From Chrysemys picta bellii (taxonomy: Eukaryota), in assembly GCF_011386835.1 (NCBI RefSeq), contig NC_088791.1, positions 349,990,001 through 350,054,000 of the forward strand: a stretch of DNA of 64,000 bases. The letters run 5' to 3'. Position numbers and translations under genes: made by a program. The notes under the pieces are model-generated. The model made no database searches and was not told where the DNA came from. It was given only the letters and a program-made list of their open reading frames with translations. Positions 49,123-61,735 of this stretch are shown here, piece after piece (positions within the stretch are counted from its first letter, which is position 1; every line of letters begins with the position of its first letter).

Positions 49123-52100
49123 AATTTGAGCTAGAGTTTAGCTGGAAAAAAATAATTTCCCCCATGAAAAATGTGGACACATACTAAAATTTTCCTTTGT
49201 ATCCATTTTTGGGAGGCTCTCCCTCAAAGCATAAACAAAGGTTGCACTGACGGAGTCTGTGGATAAACTCTGAGTATGGAAAGGTTGAAACCTCCCGACT
49301 AGTCTATGGCTGGGGTATTGTGTTCTTCAGCTTCTCTAACCAGCCTTCCCATCTCTGTGCAGCCCCCTCCACCCTGTACAATGCCCCTTCAGCACATCCT
49401 GTGGGCAGTGGCTTCTGTGACAAGCCCTGGTGGCACATCTCTGATGAACCTGTGCTAGCAGGGAGCAGGAGAGGGTCCTAGAGCAGTTGTGGGGGCACAG
49501 AGATTGTGGGTGAGGGGCCTAGCTACCAGGGATCACTGAGATCTATGCATAACTTTGGGGATCCCTGGATCCTGGGTCCCCCTTTTCATTCCTCAGGAAG
49601 AAGGGGAGGGACCTCCATCCTGGAACAATCCAAGGGGAATTTCCATATAGGGAACCTTGTGGAATTTCCCTTCCCTGGCCTGCATGCTGGGTTTGTAATG
49701 CAGGAAAGGGGCCGCAAAGGAGAAATCTGGTCCTGTGTTATTATTATTTATTTTGTTATTTCAGCAAGATCGCAGCCGTGACAGGATCATTGTTACCACT
49801 TGGCCACCCTCGAGGTAGCCATGTGACTAATCGTCACCATACGAACAGTGATGACAAGCCCGGATTCCAGGAACAGAGCCTGCAGCAGGGCTGGCACTGC
49901 AATCCAGTTGGGCAGCATCACCACCCATCCCCTGTGATTTGGCCTCCTGCAGTTTGCCATTGGCTGTGACAGGGGCTAAAGCTGATGCTCTCAAAGCCAG
50001 TTAGCTCATTTTCCCTGATGGCCAAGTGGCCCCCAAGGGAATGTGCAGACATGCTTCATAAAGACAGTTGCCTCCCTATCTGAACAGAGGCTGTCTGCTG
50101 CCTGTGCAACCTCTCTGATGACTCCTTGTCCTTTAGGGTGAAGATCTCTGGTGTCAGCGGCTCCCCTTCTAGCAGGAATTGGGTACGTTGACAGGTTTCA
50201 CTATCTTTAAAATACAAAGTGAAGGGGAAAGGCTGTGAGCTGTTTCCATTTGCAGATGTTCTGTGCAGTGTCAGAGGACTCAGCTGGGCTGTCGGAGTGA
50301 CTCAGTGACAGGGGCTGGAGGGCAGGCAGCGCTAGGTAGCTTGGGAACCCCTCCCCTACATCTGCCCATGCTCCACGGCGCTCTGTCCAAGCTACACAGA
50401 AATCTGACATTAAATGTAAGCTCGGAGTGTTAAAACCACAATGCAGCATTTCTCAATGAGTCACATTTCTAGAGTGTGCTCTGGGTCTGATCCTGCCAGG
50501 GGCTGAATGAGACGAGACTCCACAGATTATCAGTGACTAGTTCCCAAATCTCCTCAGGTTTCTTTGCTCCTGGAAATTTTATCAGCAAATGCATTTTCAA
50601 AGATTTTATTCTCTGGATCGATTGTGACAACAGGAATTCAGAGCTGTGTTGCTCTGTGGTAAAAGGTCTGATAGGACATATTTCTGTTTCCTGACTGGCT
50701 GAGGGCTCTAGTTCCTATACCCTATGACTTCAGACTTACCCAGTGGTTTCTGTGCTTGTCAGTCTAAAGATCTTCTCAGCAACATTGTCCCACCTCTGCG
50801 CAGACTCCCAGCGCTGGCAAAACAAGCTGTGTAACGTGCCCATAAATAGGCTCTTCCCAGCTTGTATCTCTGGTGTGGTCCCTCAATTTCCCTGAAGTGC
50901 TGACTGATGGCTTTTCTTGAGCTGTTGCTTCCCTTCCTGCTTGTTTTCCAGCAGCCTGCGATTAAACTAAGAGCCATACTGGTTTCATCTAATATAGCCA
51001 TAATATAAACCTCTCAATCATTAACCCAATATAGCTCTACAGCAAACATCCCGAGAACTGGCTTTAACAGACACATTCATTATGGCAGCTCAGCTCCATG
51101 TGTGTCACAATGGCATTCCCATGTGCTACAAATGTTATGAATACTGTACAGAGGACGTCTGAGAGACAGCAATAAACTACTTTTTTTTGTGTGAAATGAA
51201 GTTCCCTTTCCATCAATACACATCCATTTGACTTTGAAACCCACAACTTCCAAATCCTCATTATGTGCAAACCCTCATCGTGCCTGAATAACAGGTGCTC
51301 AGATCACTATGTACTAGAGAGTGAGAGGTCAGGGAATGAATATTTTCTATACTGACCCCAGTGCCTGTTACCACTCCAGATACAGGCTGCAGATTGACAG
51401 AACAGAACCTGAGGAGAACCAGTCAGCTATTAACCCCGGGACAGAGGAGCTACTAGACTTTTGTTTTCTGACAAGTGACTGAATGAGGGCTGAGATGCTG
51501 CGATCTTTTCAGGTTCTGAAGAAATCCAGATGACAGAGGCTACATTTTAAGTCCCACTCTAACCTGATAAATCATCTCTGAGAGAAGATCAGAGGGGAAA
51601 GAATAGGTTGACGTGTGTGTGCTAAAGTACAGATGTGTAAATGTTAGGCCAAAACTTTTCAGGGTAATACAAATATTACAAACCAAACTTTCATGATATG
51701 AATTTACATTGAAAGCCAGCAGCAGAGTTGTTAGAATCTCTACGGGAATGAGCAGCGGTAACTTTACTGCTTAATGGCTTTTGATTTCGAAAATATGTCA
51801 AAAATACTCCATGTACTGTTTGAAGAGTTTATGCTACGAAATCATTTTCAGTGAATAGCTGTATGATACTGTCTTTTAGTAACAGACCAGAAACTGTTTC
51901 TCACATTTACATTCAGGGTGCTGCATTCAATCACTATGCAGTACCCGTGCAAGACTGTCCAAAAATTCCAGAGAGAACAGAACCACTGGTCTGTGTTTCA
52001 TCAAAGAGTAGAGCTGAGGTGCAGGAAAGGGGAGTGTAATAGTGGTTGTATGCAACCTACCCCCATCACCTCTTAAAGGACCATTGCTCAAGTCATTTTC

Positions 52101-52563
52101 AAACTCAATTGGATATTAGTGCAAACCTATTGTTTGTACTATTCACTCATTTGTGTTGCCGTCCCCTCCCCCACCCAGGTGTTGTAACTGTCTGTGTTAG
52201 TTTGTAACTTCCCAAATATCTGCAGCCCCTGGCATGGGGAGAGGATACAGGTACAGTGAGGATGACAAGAAGCCTGTAGGATGATCGGACTCTCTGGATT
52301 CAGCCTATGCTAGCCAGGCAAAGCACATCAGCTTCTCTTGGGGGTTTTCTTTGGGGTCACAGTGTGTCACTGGCACGGAGGTACAGGTCCGGAACTGCTC
52401 TGTATGGGTTGAGACACAGCAATCTTTTCAGGTTCTGAAGAAATCCGGCCTGAGAACTCATGTCTGAAAGAAGATGAGAGGGGAAAGAATGCACTGACTT
52501 GTGTGTACTGAAGAACAGATGTGTAACTGTTATGCCAAACTTTTTATTGTAATACAAATATTA

Positions 52564-53657
52564 GAGAGGTGAAAGTAGGCTGGTGCACCTCGGTACGCCG
52601 TACTGGTAAGAAAGTGTCCGGCTGGGGGCAGGACTCTGAATGCCAATTAACGGTTCCCCAAGTAGCGCCGGTGCGGGGGCCACGGAGCTAGAAGCTTCTT
52701 CTCTAGGCCAGTGACACCGGGGTGGGGGGTTGGCAACGGCGCTCCCAGGGCAGGGGCTGGGAGCCAGGTTGGCTGTGCCAGTGCTTGACTGGCCCTAGTG
52801 CTGGGAGTTGGAGGCATGCGCATGCCCCAAGCCGGGCGCCCACCGGCAGTGTGGGGCTCCCAGCCTGTCCTGCTGTTCCCGCGCTGCCCCTGGAAGCAGT
52901 GCAGGCACATCCCTGTGGCGTGCGACTCCTGGGGGGAGGGAGCGGCAGAGGGTCTTTGCGTGCTGCCTTGCCTGCAGGCACCACTCCCAGATCTCCCATT
53001 TGGCAAGGAACAGGAGCAGCGCAGGGCAGGGTCACCAACCGTGACCGGGACTGCCCCCCCTCACTCCTGCTACACCTCCCCAACCCCCTGCCCTGAGCTT
53101 CCCCACTCCCCCAACCCCTGCCCTGAGCCCCCCCATGCCCCACACCCCCTGCCCTGAGCTCCCACACCTCTCACAGCCCCAGCCCCCTGCCCTGACTCCT
53201 GCACCCCCACCCTAACCTCCTGTCCTGAGCCCCCACCCCCCAATCCCCTGCCCTGACTCCTGCACCCCCACACCCCAACCCCCTGCTCTGAGCCCCCACA
53301 CACCTCAATCCCCTGCCCTGGAACCCCCCACACACCCCTTCTACTCAGTGGAATCCTATGCCATATGTGAAATTGTGGCTTGGAAAGGGCCAACAAGCAG
53401 CACATTCATCTCAAAGCCCGGCACAATGAGAACAAGGAGAGCAGCGAGGCCAGCTGTATGGGCCAATGTGGGAATTTCCGTGAGTTACTTCAGGCTTTTA
53501 TTCCAATATTCAAGTTTTATTCCAGAGTATTGGTAATAACTTTAAGTATCAAAGTCAGGCAAAGGGATCCATGAAGCTAAGTGTCTAGGAGTGGGGGTGG
53601 GAAGGGGGGTTGCGATATGACAGTACCTGTAAGAAATTTAAGTTACTTTCACCCCTG
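52564..53657. mobile_element. hAT-like non-autonomous element with a C-rich subterminal minisatellite (about 53080-53340)
   Basis: TIR-like gagaggtgaaagta / tactttcacccctg. It interrupts a sequence that is continuous at 51664-51690; TSD degenerate. Confidence 0.7.
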
Positions 53658-54427
53658 ATTACAAACCAAACTTTCATGACATGCATATATATTGAAAGCC
53701 AGCAGCAAAGTTGTTGGGATCTCTACAGGAAGGAGCAGTGGTAACATTAATGCTTAATGGCTTTTGCTTCCAAAAGTATTTCAGAAATTGTTAGCAATAA
53801 GTTTGTGCTATTTCCTCTTTGTTCAGTGAACAGTTCTATGACACTGTCTCCTGGTAATGGAACAGAAGCTGTTTCTAACTCTTATATTCAGACCGTGTGT
53901 TTACACGCATGTCATGATACAATGGGCCACACTCAGAAGTGGAGGGCCAGAATGAGTGTCTGTGGCAATGTCACAATTGTAAAATCACACAGTGCTCAAG
54001 TAGGCTGCGGAACTCCCAGCCACAGGATATCAATGGGGACAAGAGCTTAGCAGGATTCATAGAGGGACTCTATGTTTATATGAGTAATCAGAAAATCCAA
54101 TTACAGTAGTGGGGATTTAAAAAAAAAAAAGTCTTGGAAGGGCTCTACATTTTCCTGATTTACATCACAAAATTTGTTTAACTAGTGGGTGTCAGGGAGA
54201 AATTTTCCCTGGGAGCAGGTTATGTCATAGCTGCCCATTGCGGGGCTTCTTCCACCTTCCTCTGCAGCATCGGGAACTGGCCACTGGATACTGGGCTAGA
54301 TGGACTGCAGGTCTGATCCAGTCTGGCTGTGCCTATCTTCCTATCGGTGCTGTAAATCCACGACTATCCTTTTGCTAAAACAACGAGGAGTCCTTGTGGC
54401 ACCTTAGAGACTAACAAATTTATTTGG

Positions 54428-54467
54428 GCATAAGCTTTTGTGGGCTAGAACCCACTTTGTCAGATGC
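54428..54467 (-). ncRNA. Degenerate hammerhead motif at the Penelope 3' end
   Basis: Reverse complement GCAU-CUGACAA-A-GUGGG-UUCUAG-CCCAC-AAAA-GCU-U-AUGC; two core G positions read A. Confidence 0.6.
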
Positions 54468-55709
54468 ATGGAGTGGAAAATACAGGAGCAGGTATAAATA
54501 CATGAAAAGATGTGAATTGCCTTACCAAGTGTGAGGTCAGTCTAACGAGACAATTCAGTCCATTTCAGACAATTGACAAGAAGGTGTGAGTAACAGTAGG
54601 GGGAAATTAGGTTTAGGTTTTGTAATGACCCAACCACTCCCAATCTTTATTCAGACCTAATCTGATGGTGTCCAGTTTGCAAATTAATTCCAGTTCTGCA
54701 GGTTCACATTGGAGTCTGTTTTTGAAGTTTTTTTGTTGAAGAATTGTCACTTTTAGGTCTGTTATTGAGTGACCAGGGAGATTGAAGTGTTCTCCTACTG
54801 ATTTTTGAATGTTTTGATTCCTGATGTCAGATTTGTGTCCATTTATTCTTTTGCATAGAGACTGTCCAGTTTGGCCAATGTACATGGCAGAGGGGCATTG
54901 CTAGCACATGATGGCATATATCATATTGGTAGATGTGCAGGCGAACGAGCCCCTGATGGTGTGGCTGATGTGATTAGATCCTATGATGGTGTCCCTTCAA
55001 TAGATATGTGGACAGAGTTGGCACCAGGGTTTGTTGCAGAGTTTGGTTCCTGGGTTGGTGTTTTTGTTGTGTAGTTGCTGGTGAGTATTTGCTTCAGGTT
55101 GTGGGGCTGTCTGTAAGCGAGGACTGACCTGTCTCCCAAAGTCTGTGAGAGTGAGGGATCGTCCTTCAGGATAGGTTGTAGATCCTTGATGATGCGCTGG
55201 AGAGGTTTTAGTTGGGGGCTGTAGGTGATGGCTAGTGGCGTCCTGTTACTTTCTTTGTTGGGCCTGTCTTGTAGTAGGTGACTTCTGGGTACCCTTCTGG
55301 CTCTGTCAATCTGTTTCTTCACTTCACCAGGTGGGTATTGTAGTTTTAAGAATGCTTGATAGAGATCCTGTAGGTGTTTGTCTCTGTCTGAGGGATCGGA
55401 GCAAATGCAGTTGTAACTTAGAGCTTGGCTGTAGACAATGGATCATGTGATGTGGTCTGGATGAAAGCTGGAGGCATGTAGGTAAGTATAGCGGTCAGTA
55501 GGTTTCTGGTATAGGGTGGTGTTTCTGTGACCATCACTTATTAGCACTGTAATGTCTAGGAAGTGGATCTCTTGTGTGGACTGGTCCAAGGCTGACATTG
55601 GTGTTGGGGTGGAAATTGTTGAAATCTTGGTGGAATTCCTCAAGGCCTTCCTTCCCATGGGTTCAGATGATGAATATGTCATCAATATAGCACAAGTAGA
55701 GTAGGGGCG

Positions 55710-56528
55710 TGTCAAGGCTGTATCCCCACTTTGAACTTTAGGGTACAAATGTAGGGGCCTGCATGAAAACTTCTAAGCTTAACTACCAGCTTAGCTCTGG
55801 TCCCGCTGCCACCATTCCCAATGGATTCCCTCCCTGGGAAGCCTTGAGAAACCTTTCACCAATTCCCTGGTGAATACAGATCTAACCCCCTTGGATCTAA
55901 AACAAGGAGAAATTAACCATTCCCCTCCTTCCTCCCACCAACTCCTGGTGAATCAAGATCCAAACTCCTTGGATCTTAAAACAAGGAAAAATCAATCAGG
56001 TTCTTAAAAAGAAGGCTTTTAATTAAAGAAAAAGGTAAAAATCATCTCTGTAAAATCAGTATGGAAATTAACCTTACAGGGTAATCAAACTTAAAGAGCT
56101 CAGAGGACTCCCCTCTAGTCTTAGGTTCAAAGTACAGCAAACAAAGATAAACACTCTAGTAAAAGGTACATTTACAAGTTGAGAAAACAAAGGAAAACTA
56201 AGACGCCTTGCCTGGCTATTTACTTACAAGTTTGAAATAGGAGAGACTTGTTTAGAAAGATGTGGAGAACCTGGATTGATGTCTGGTCCCTCTCAGTCCC
56301 GAGAGCGAACGCACACCCAAAACAAAGAACACAAACAAAAGCCTTCCCCCCCCCCCCCAAGATTTGAAAGTATCTTGTCCCCTTATTGGTCCTTTGGTCA
56401 GATGCCAGCCAGGTTACCTGAGCTTCTTAACCCTTTACAGGTAAAAGGATTTTGGAGTCTCTGGCCAGGAGGGATTTTATAGTACTGTACACAGGACAGC
56501 TGTTACCCTTCCCTTTATAGTTATGACA
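55710..56528. mobile_element. Solo LTR nested in the Penelope RT
   Basis: tgtcaagg ... ttatgaca; perfect 5-bp TSD GGGCG at 55705-55709 and 56529-56533. Removing it restores RT ...SCPLTPLLYL... Confidence 0.92.
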
Positions 56529-57352
56529 GGGCGTAAGGGGACAAGAGCTGAGGAAGCGTTGTTTTAAGTGAGCCATAAAAATGTTGGCATACTGTGGGAC
56601 CATGCAGTTACCCATAACAGTCCCTCTGACTTGAAGGTATACATTGTCTCCAAATCTGAAATAGTTGTGGATGAGGACAAAGTCACAGAGTTCAGCCACC
56701 AGGTTTGCCGTGATGGTATCGGGAATGTTATTCCTGATGGCTTGTAGTCCATCTTTGTGTCAAATGCTTGTATAGAGAGCGTCTACATCCACAGTGGCTA
56801 GGATGGTGTTTTCTGGAATATCACCAAAGGATTGTAGTTTCCTCAGGAAGTCAGAGGTGTCTCAAAGATAGCTGGGAGTGCTGGTAGCATAGGGCCTCAG
56901 GAGAGAGTCCACATAGCCAGATAATCCTGCTGTCAGAGTGCCAATGCCTGAGACGATGGGGCATCCGGAATTCCCAGGTTTTTGGATTTTGGGTAGCAGA
57001 TAGAATACCCCTGGTCGTGGCTCTAGGGGTGTGTCAGTGTAGGTTTGTTCCTGTGCTTCTTTAGGGAGTTTCTTGAGCAGATAGTGTAGTTTCTTTGGTA
57101 ATCCTCAGTGGGGTCAGAGGGTAATGGCCTGTAGAATGTGGTGTCAGAAAGTTGTCTAGCAGCCTCTTGTTCATATTCCAACCTATTCATGATGACTACA
57201 GAACCTCCTTTTGCTGATCTTCATTGAGCTCCTGGGAGTCTCTAGACTTGCACTGAGAGTAGAAAGATGTCTCTTTAAATATAATCTACTCTCCTGTTCT
57301 TTTTCCTTTCAGGAAGGAAAGATCAAAACTCTTCGGATCTGCCCAGTACATT

Positions 57353-58288
57353 ATGCCAGCTGACAATAACACCAAATTCAAATCTGCAATGTTCCTTCTC
57401 ACCGGGATACCTGGTCAGGAAGATGTCTATCTTTGGATCTCTATCCCCTTCTGCTTAATGTACATTATTTCGATAGTAGGAAATTCAGTCATTCTGTTCA
57501 TTATAAAAACAGATCCAAGCCTCCATGAGCCCATGTATATTTTCCTTTCCATGTTGGCCGTCACAGACCTTGGTTTATCGATATCAACCATACCAACGAC
57601 ACTGGGGATATTCTTATTTAACTCTAGGGAGATCAGCCTTAATGCCTGCTTTGCTCAGCTGTTCTTCATCCACTCATTTTCATACATTGAATCTTCTGTG
57701 CTTTTGTTGATGGCCTTTGACCGCTTCATTGCGATCTGTAACCCACTGAGATATGCTTCCATCTTAACCCCACCTAGAATATACAGGATGGGACTTTTGT
57801 TTGTGCTAAGATCGTTGGCCCTAATATTTCCACTCCCCTTTCTCTTGAAACGGTTCCGATACTGTCGAGCCAATGTCCTCTCCCATTCCTACTGCCTGCA
57901 CCAGGAGGTCATGAAGATGGCTTGTTCAGACATCACAGTCAACAGCATCTATGGTTTCACTATTAAACTCTTATCGGTGGGGTTGGACTCGTTGTTCATC
58001 TTTTTCTCCTATGTGATGATCCTCAAAACTGTGCTGAGTGTAACATCCCCCATGGAGTGTCTCAGGGCCCTGAACACCTGTGTCTCCCACCTCTGGGCTG
58101 TCCTGCTCTTCTACATACCAGATATCGGCTTGTCTGTGATACACAGATTTGGGAACAGCTCTTCTCACTTGCTTCAGATTATCCTGGGCTATGTCTACCT
58201 GCTGGTCCCGCCCCTGATGAACCCAGTCGTGTACAGTGTGAAAAGCAAACACCTTCGTGCAAGGATAATCAGGGTGTTCTTCAAGTGA
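57353..58288 (+). CDS. Class I olfactory receptor, OR51 family (OR5 here), intact, 311 aa
   Basis: LHEPMY, MAFDRFIAICNPLRY, HSYCLHQE, HRFG and PPLMNPVVYSVKSK motifs; NNT sequon. Confidence 0.97.
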   Translation: MPADNNTKFKSAMFLLTGIPGQEDVYLWISIPFCLMYIISIVGNSVILFIIKTDPSLHEPMYIFLSMLAVTDLGLSISTIPTTLGIFLFNSREISLNACFAQLFFIHSFSYIESSVLLLMAFDRFIAICNPLRYASILTPPRIYRMGLLFVLRSLALIFPLPFLLKRFRYCRANVLSHSYCLHQEVMKMACSDITVNSIYGFTIKLLSVGLDSLFIFFSYVMILKTVLSVTSPMECLRALNTCVSHLWAVLLFYIPDIGLSVIHRFGNSSSHLLQIILGYVYLLVPPLMNPVVYSVKSKHLRARIIRVFFK

Positions 58289-60472
58289 AGGGTGAGTTCA
58301 TCACCTGGCTCCAGAACTGGTGACACAGCCCATGAAAAACATGGGCCACGACCACCTTACATCGAAAATGAAATGAGCTACTGATCTCCACTCTGTAGAG
58401 AGAGGTTCTGAAGGGGTCTAAGGCCTGGAGTAGTGGGAGAGGGTCTGTCCCCACCCACTGGTGAAGGAGGACAGTGCACTGGGGGAAGGAGACCAAGGCA
58501 GGCAGCAGCATTTAAAAATTGAATGTGTTTGTGGAGAGCCAGGGCACCGGTAGGAGTCTGGCCCATAAATAGCCGTATCAGTGGCTGTTCCAACTTCAGA
58601 ATTCCTGTAGATACAGGTCAATAAAGAGAAGGGATGTGGATGTTGTTTCCCATTACACCTGGCCTGTCATTCTTCCGTCTCTGGTTAAACATTGAGGGAC
58701 CATGAAGAAAGCTGCAGAGATGTTGTGCAGTCACAGTCCTGGCCCTTCCTGAGCGCTCTGGGTTCTGTGTGATCCATGTGGGCTGCACCAGCTGTGGACA
58801 AGGGCTGTTCAAGGGGCATGGACACCCACCCATCCCCTATGCCCTCAGCCAGGTGCTTGTGACTGAGTCATGTCAGAGACATGATTAACACCAGAGCCCC
58901 AGGAGAAGCCATGTAGGCAGCGCTGTTGATGGCTCTGCATACAGTACACAGGCCGAGCCCATTCCCCACCGAGGCAGAGCCAATGTGCGTGTGTGTGAGG
59001 ATCTGACAAACAGGAGTCCTGGCAAGAGACTCAATCTCAGATTCCCTCCTACTCCTCCCCTCTGTTTGCCCTGCTGCAGGGGTGGAGATAGTCCTCGACT
59101 CCCCCACAGGGGCACAGCTAGCTCCTATCCCAGCCCAGCCCATTCAGTGTAGGGTGACTACTTAGTCAAAAGACAAAAGCAGGATATATATAGAAGCCCT
59201 GTCCCCTCTGTGACCCCACCCCTGCCGCTCTTCTGCCCCATCTCTTTCCCCAAGACCCCATCCTTCCTTCTACCAAAGATACGAGGCTCTACCCCATCTC
59301 CAGGCCAGAAGCCAGTGTCAGGTGATGGAAAAGCTGCCCAGTGAGCTAGAGCAACTGCGAGGAGCTCCAGACTCTCTGCCTACCCTGGGCAAGGAGCTGG
59401 GGGACCCAAGAGAAGCCCCCAGCCTCTGTTCCTGCTTCCCAGGATGTTCAACCCAGGGATGGTGGAGAGTCTGAGGCTCCCCACAGCAGCCTGAGCTTCT
59501 GAGGCAGCTCTTAGCATGGGCTGGTTCCGAACTGGCCAGGGTGCAGAGCCTCGGGGGAAGGGGAGGAGAAGGGGGCAGGGCCTAGTGGGAAGAGATGGGG
59601 CAGGGTATGGGGCCTCAGGGGAAAAGGAGAAGTGTGGGGTGCAGCAAGCCTGAACCGAAGCTGACCCCAGCAACAGTATGGTAAAAGTATGAGTAAAAGA
59701 AGAGGATGGGGCTATATCAGGGTCCCACAGAGCAACACCTCTGGCATTGGTCTATAAAAGGCTTCTTATCACAGCCTCCTGTGACAGCTGCTTCTGGGAA
59801 GCCCCGTGACTCCTGCACCTTTGGCCAGTTCCGTTTCTCTAATTCAAGAGCAAAGCCTGTCTAACTTAGGTTGCAGCAATCAGTGTAGATGTGTGACAGC
59901 TGCCTGTTATTTTAAAACCATTTTCTCTAATGCTTTGTGCTGTTTGCTCTTTGTTTTAAGGAGGCTGGGGTGACTGTATAGCTCTGGTCACAAGCACCCG
60001 AAGGGAAGAGACTGAGGTGTTATGGCGGACCTGCTTGATGATCAGCATTTAGCATAGATGGGCTGTTGTAGCCAGCTCGAAGAGTGGGAGAATTCTGAGA
60101 TTTCCCGCAAGACTGGAAAGTACCTGGTTTACAGGGGAAAGAGACCATATATCCTGGTTTTACTGTGACAATCCAAATTCCTCTTGGCCAGCATCTATCC
60201 TTGTTGAGTGCCTATCAGCATTCAGAGGAGCAACTTGTTCAAGTTGCAACCAATATAACAATCTGCTCAAAACAAAAGTAATAGATGTGAGAATGATCGA
60301 ATGTCATTAATATGTATGCATATGTCATCACGTACAAACATACCAACCCTAACATTTTTGTGGGTGGGGAGAATAAATTTGGATCTAGAAGGATGGCTCA
60401 AGCACCCTTGCTCTATAAGAAGGGGTGACACAACTTGCCAAGAGAACTTGTTTTTCTGCGCTTCTGAGCTTT

Positions 60473-60552
60473 GGGCTGTAGTCCACGAAAGCTTATGCTC
60501 TAATAAATTTGTTAGTCTCTAAGGTGCCACAAGTACTCCTGTTCTTCTTTTT
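60473..60552 (+). mobile_element. Short Penelope end fragment
   Basis: 60474-60552 is identical to the right arm of the palindrome (38469-38547). It lies within an AT-rich, LTR-like insertion of about 60251-61086. Confidence 0.85.
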
Positions 60553-61249
60553 AGAGATTGTTTACTAAGTTTTCTAAGATCCATGCTTCTTCATTCTTAC
60601 TTTATTAGTTTATTAGTCTGTTAATTTTAATTTTTAAGCTTGAAGTCAGTTAGTTACCTGAAAATCTAAGTTAGCTTCAATAGCTCTTAGCTTTACCTTC
60701 TCCTAAGCTCTGTATCTTCCACTCAAGAATTGAGGAACCTGAACCTTTGTCTCTTACCATCAAGTTATCAAGGAAGGGTGTGAGTATATTAAGCAAAAGC
60801 TTTATAGTGTATAATACCATATGTATCTTTAGAATAATAGTGCTACATTTGTAACTCTGATTATTTTACCATTTAGTTACTATCTGAGTACTATTCCATT
60901 TATCTCAATAAAGTTTTTAAGATTATATTTATCTCGTGTGAGCGTCCTGTCATACCCCCGTGGGCCCTTTGCAAACTCTGTGTAGCCTGATTCTGGGACA
61001 AGAACCTTATTATCTTCTGGTGAGATTAATTGTCAAACCTATAACCCATATTATCCAAATTAATAATATTAATCTCCTAAAATCAGGCAACATCCAAGAT
61101 GACTGTGAGCCACCAATATGTTGTGGCTATGAACAAGGCAGATGAGATCCTAGAATAAGGATCCTAGAATAAGTTGAGATAAGGAAGTATTAATATCCTT
61201 ATACAAGGCACCAATGAGACCTCCTCTGGTAAACTGTGTAAAATTCTGG

Positions 61250-61735
61250 TCACTCCTATTCCAGAAAGATTAATTTAAACTGGAGGAGGTGCAGAGAAGG
61301 GCTCCTAGGATGATCAGGGCAACAGAGGACCTGTATTACGAGGAGAATAAAAGAGCTTGGTTGGTTTAGCCTAACACAACACAGGCTGAGCAGGGATTCG
61401 ATTGCTCTATAAGTATATTGGGGAGGGGTGTGTGTTAAACACCAGGGAGGCAGATAAGCTTTTGAAGCTAGAGGACAGTGTTGGCAAAAGAACAAATGGG
61501 GAGAAACTGGCCAGGAGTAAACTGAGGCTGGAAAGGAGAAGAAGGTTTCTGACCATCCAACCAGGGGGTTTCTGGAACAGCCACCCAACAGGAGCAGTGG
61601 GAGGCAAACAAGCCAGCTGGTTTAGGATGGAGCTTGACAGGTTTATGTACCAGATGATATGCTGGGGGTCACCTGCCATAGCAGGGAAATGGACTCATTG
61701 ACCCAGGAGGTCCTTTCCAGGCCTATGTCCTGATG
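61250..61735 (+). mobile_element. Old CR1 3' fragment
   Basis: KLEEVQRRA.RMI... relic and gactc..tgacccaggaggtcctttccag 3' end. Confidence 0.7.

Larger units (their letters stand above)
54377..57205 (-). mobile_element. 5'-truncated Penelope-like retroelement (probably Neptune type): RT, Cys-rich linker, GIY-YIG endonuclease; decayed
   Basis: RT motifs GRPIVSG, TVDVDALYT, GT.MG...P.YANIFM, YIDD and FLD; endonuclease YIGQTG...RINGHKSD...HF; stops and frameshifts; 10-bp TSD TCCTTTTGCT at 54367-54376 and 57206-57215. Confidence 0.93.

Noticed and set aside
52647-53405. Cluster of 110-154 aa ORFs and a short-period repeat array
   Set aside because: C-rich degenerate subterminal minisatellite of a DNA transposon; no constant repeat with unique spacers, so not CRISPR-like and not coding.
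58094-58096. Possible pseudogene status from motif changes (OR5 SHLW, OR2 VPLMMNP, OR4 YSMKSE)
   Set aside because: All ORFs are full length with the core motifs and sequon intact. These positions vary among functional class I ORs, so loss of function is not supported.
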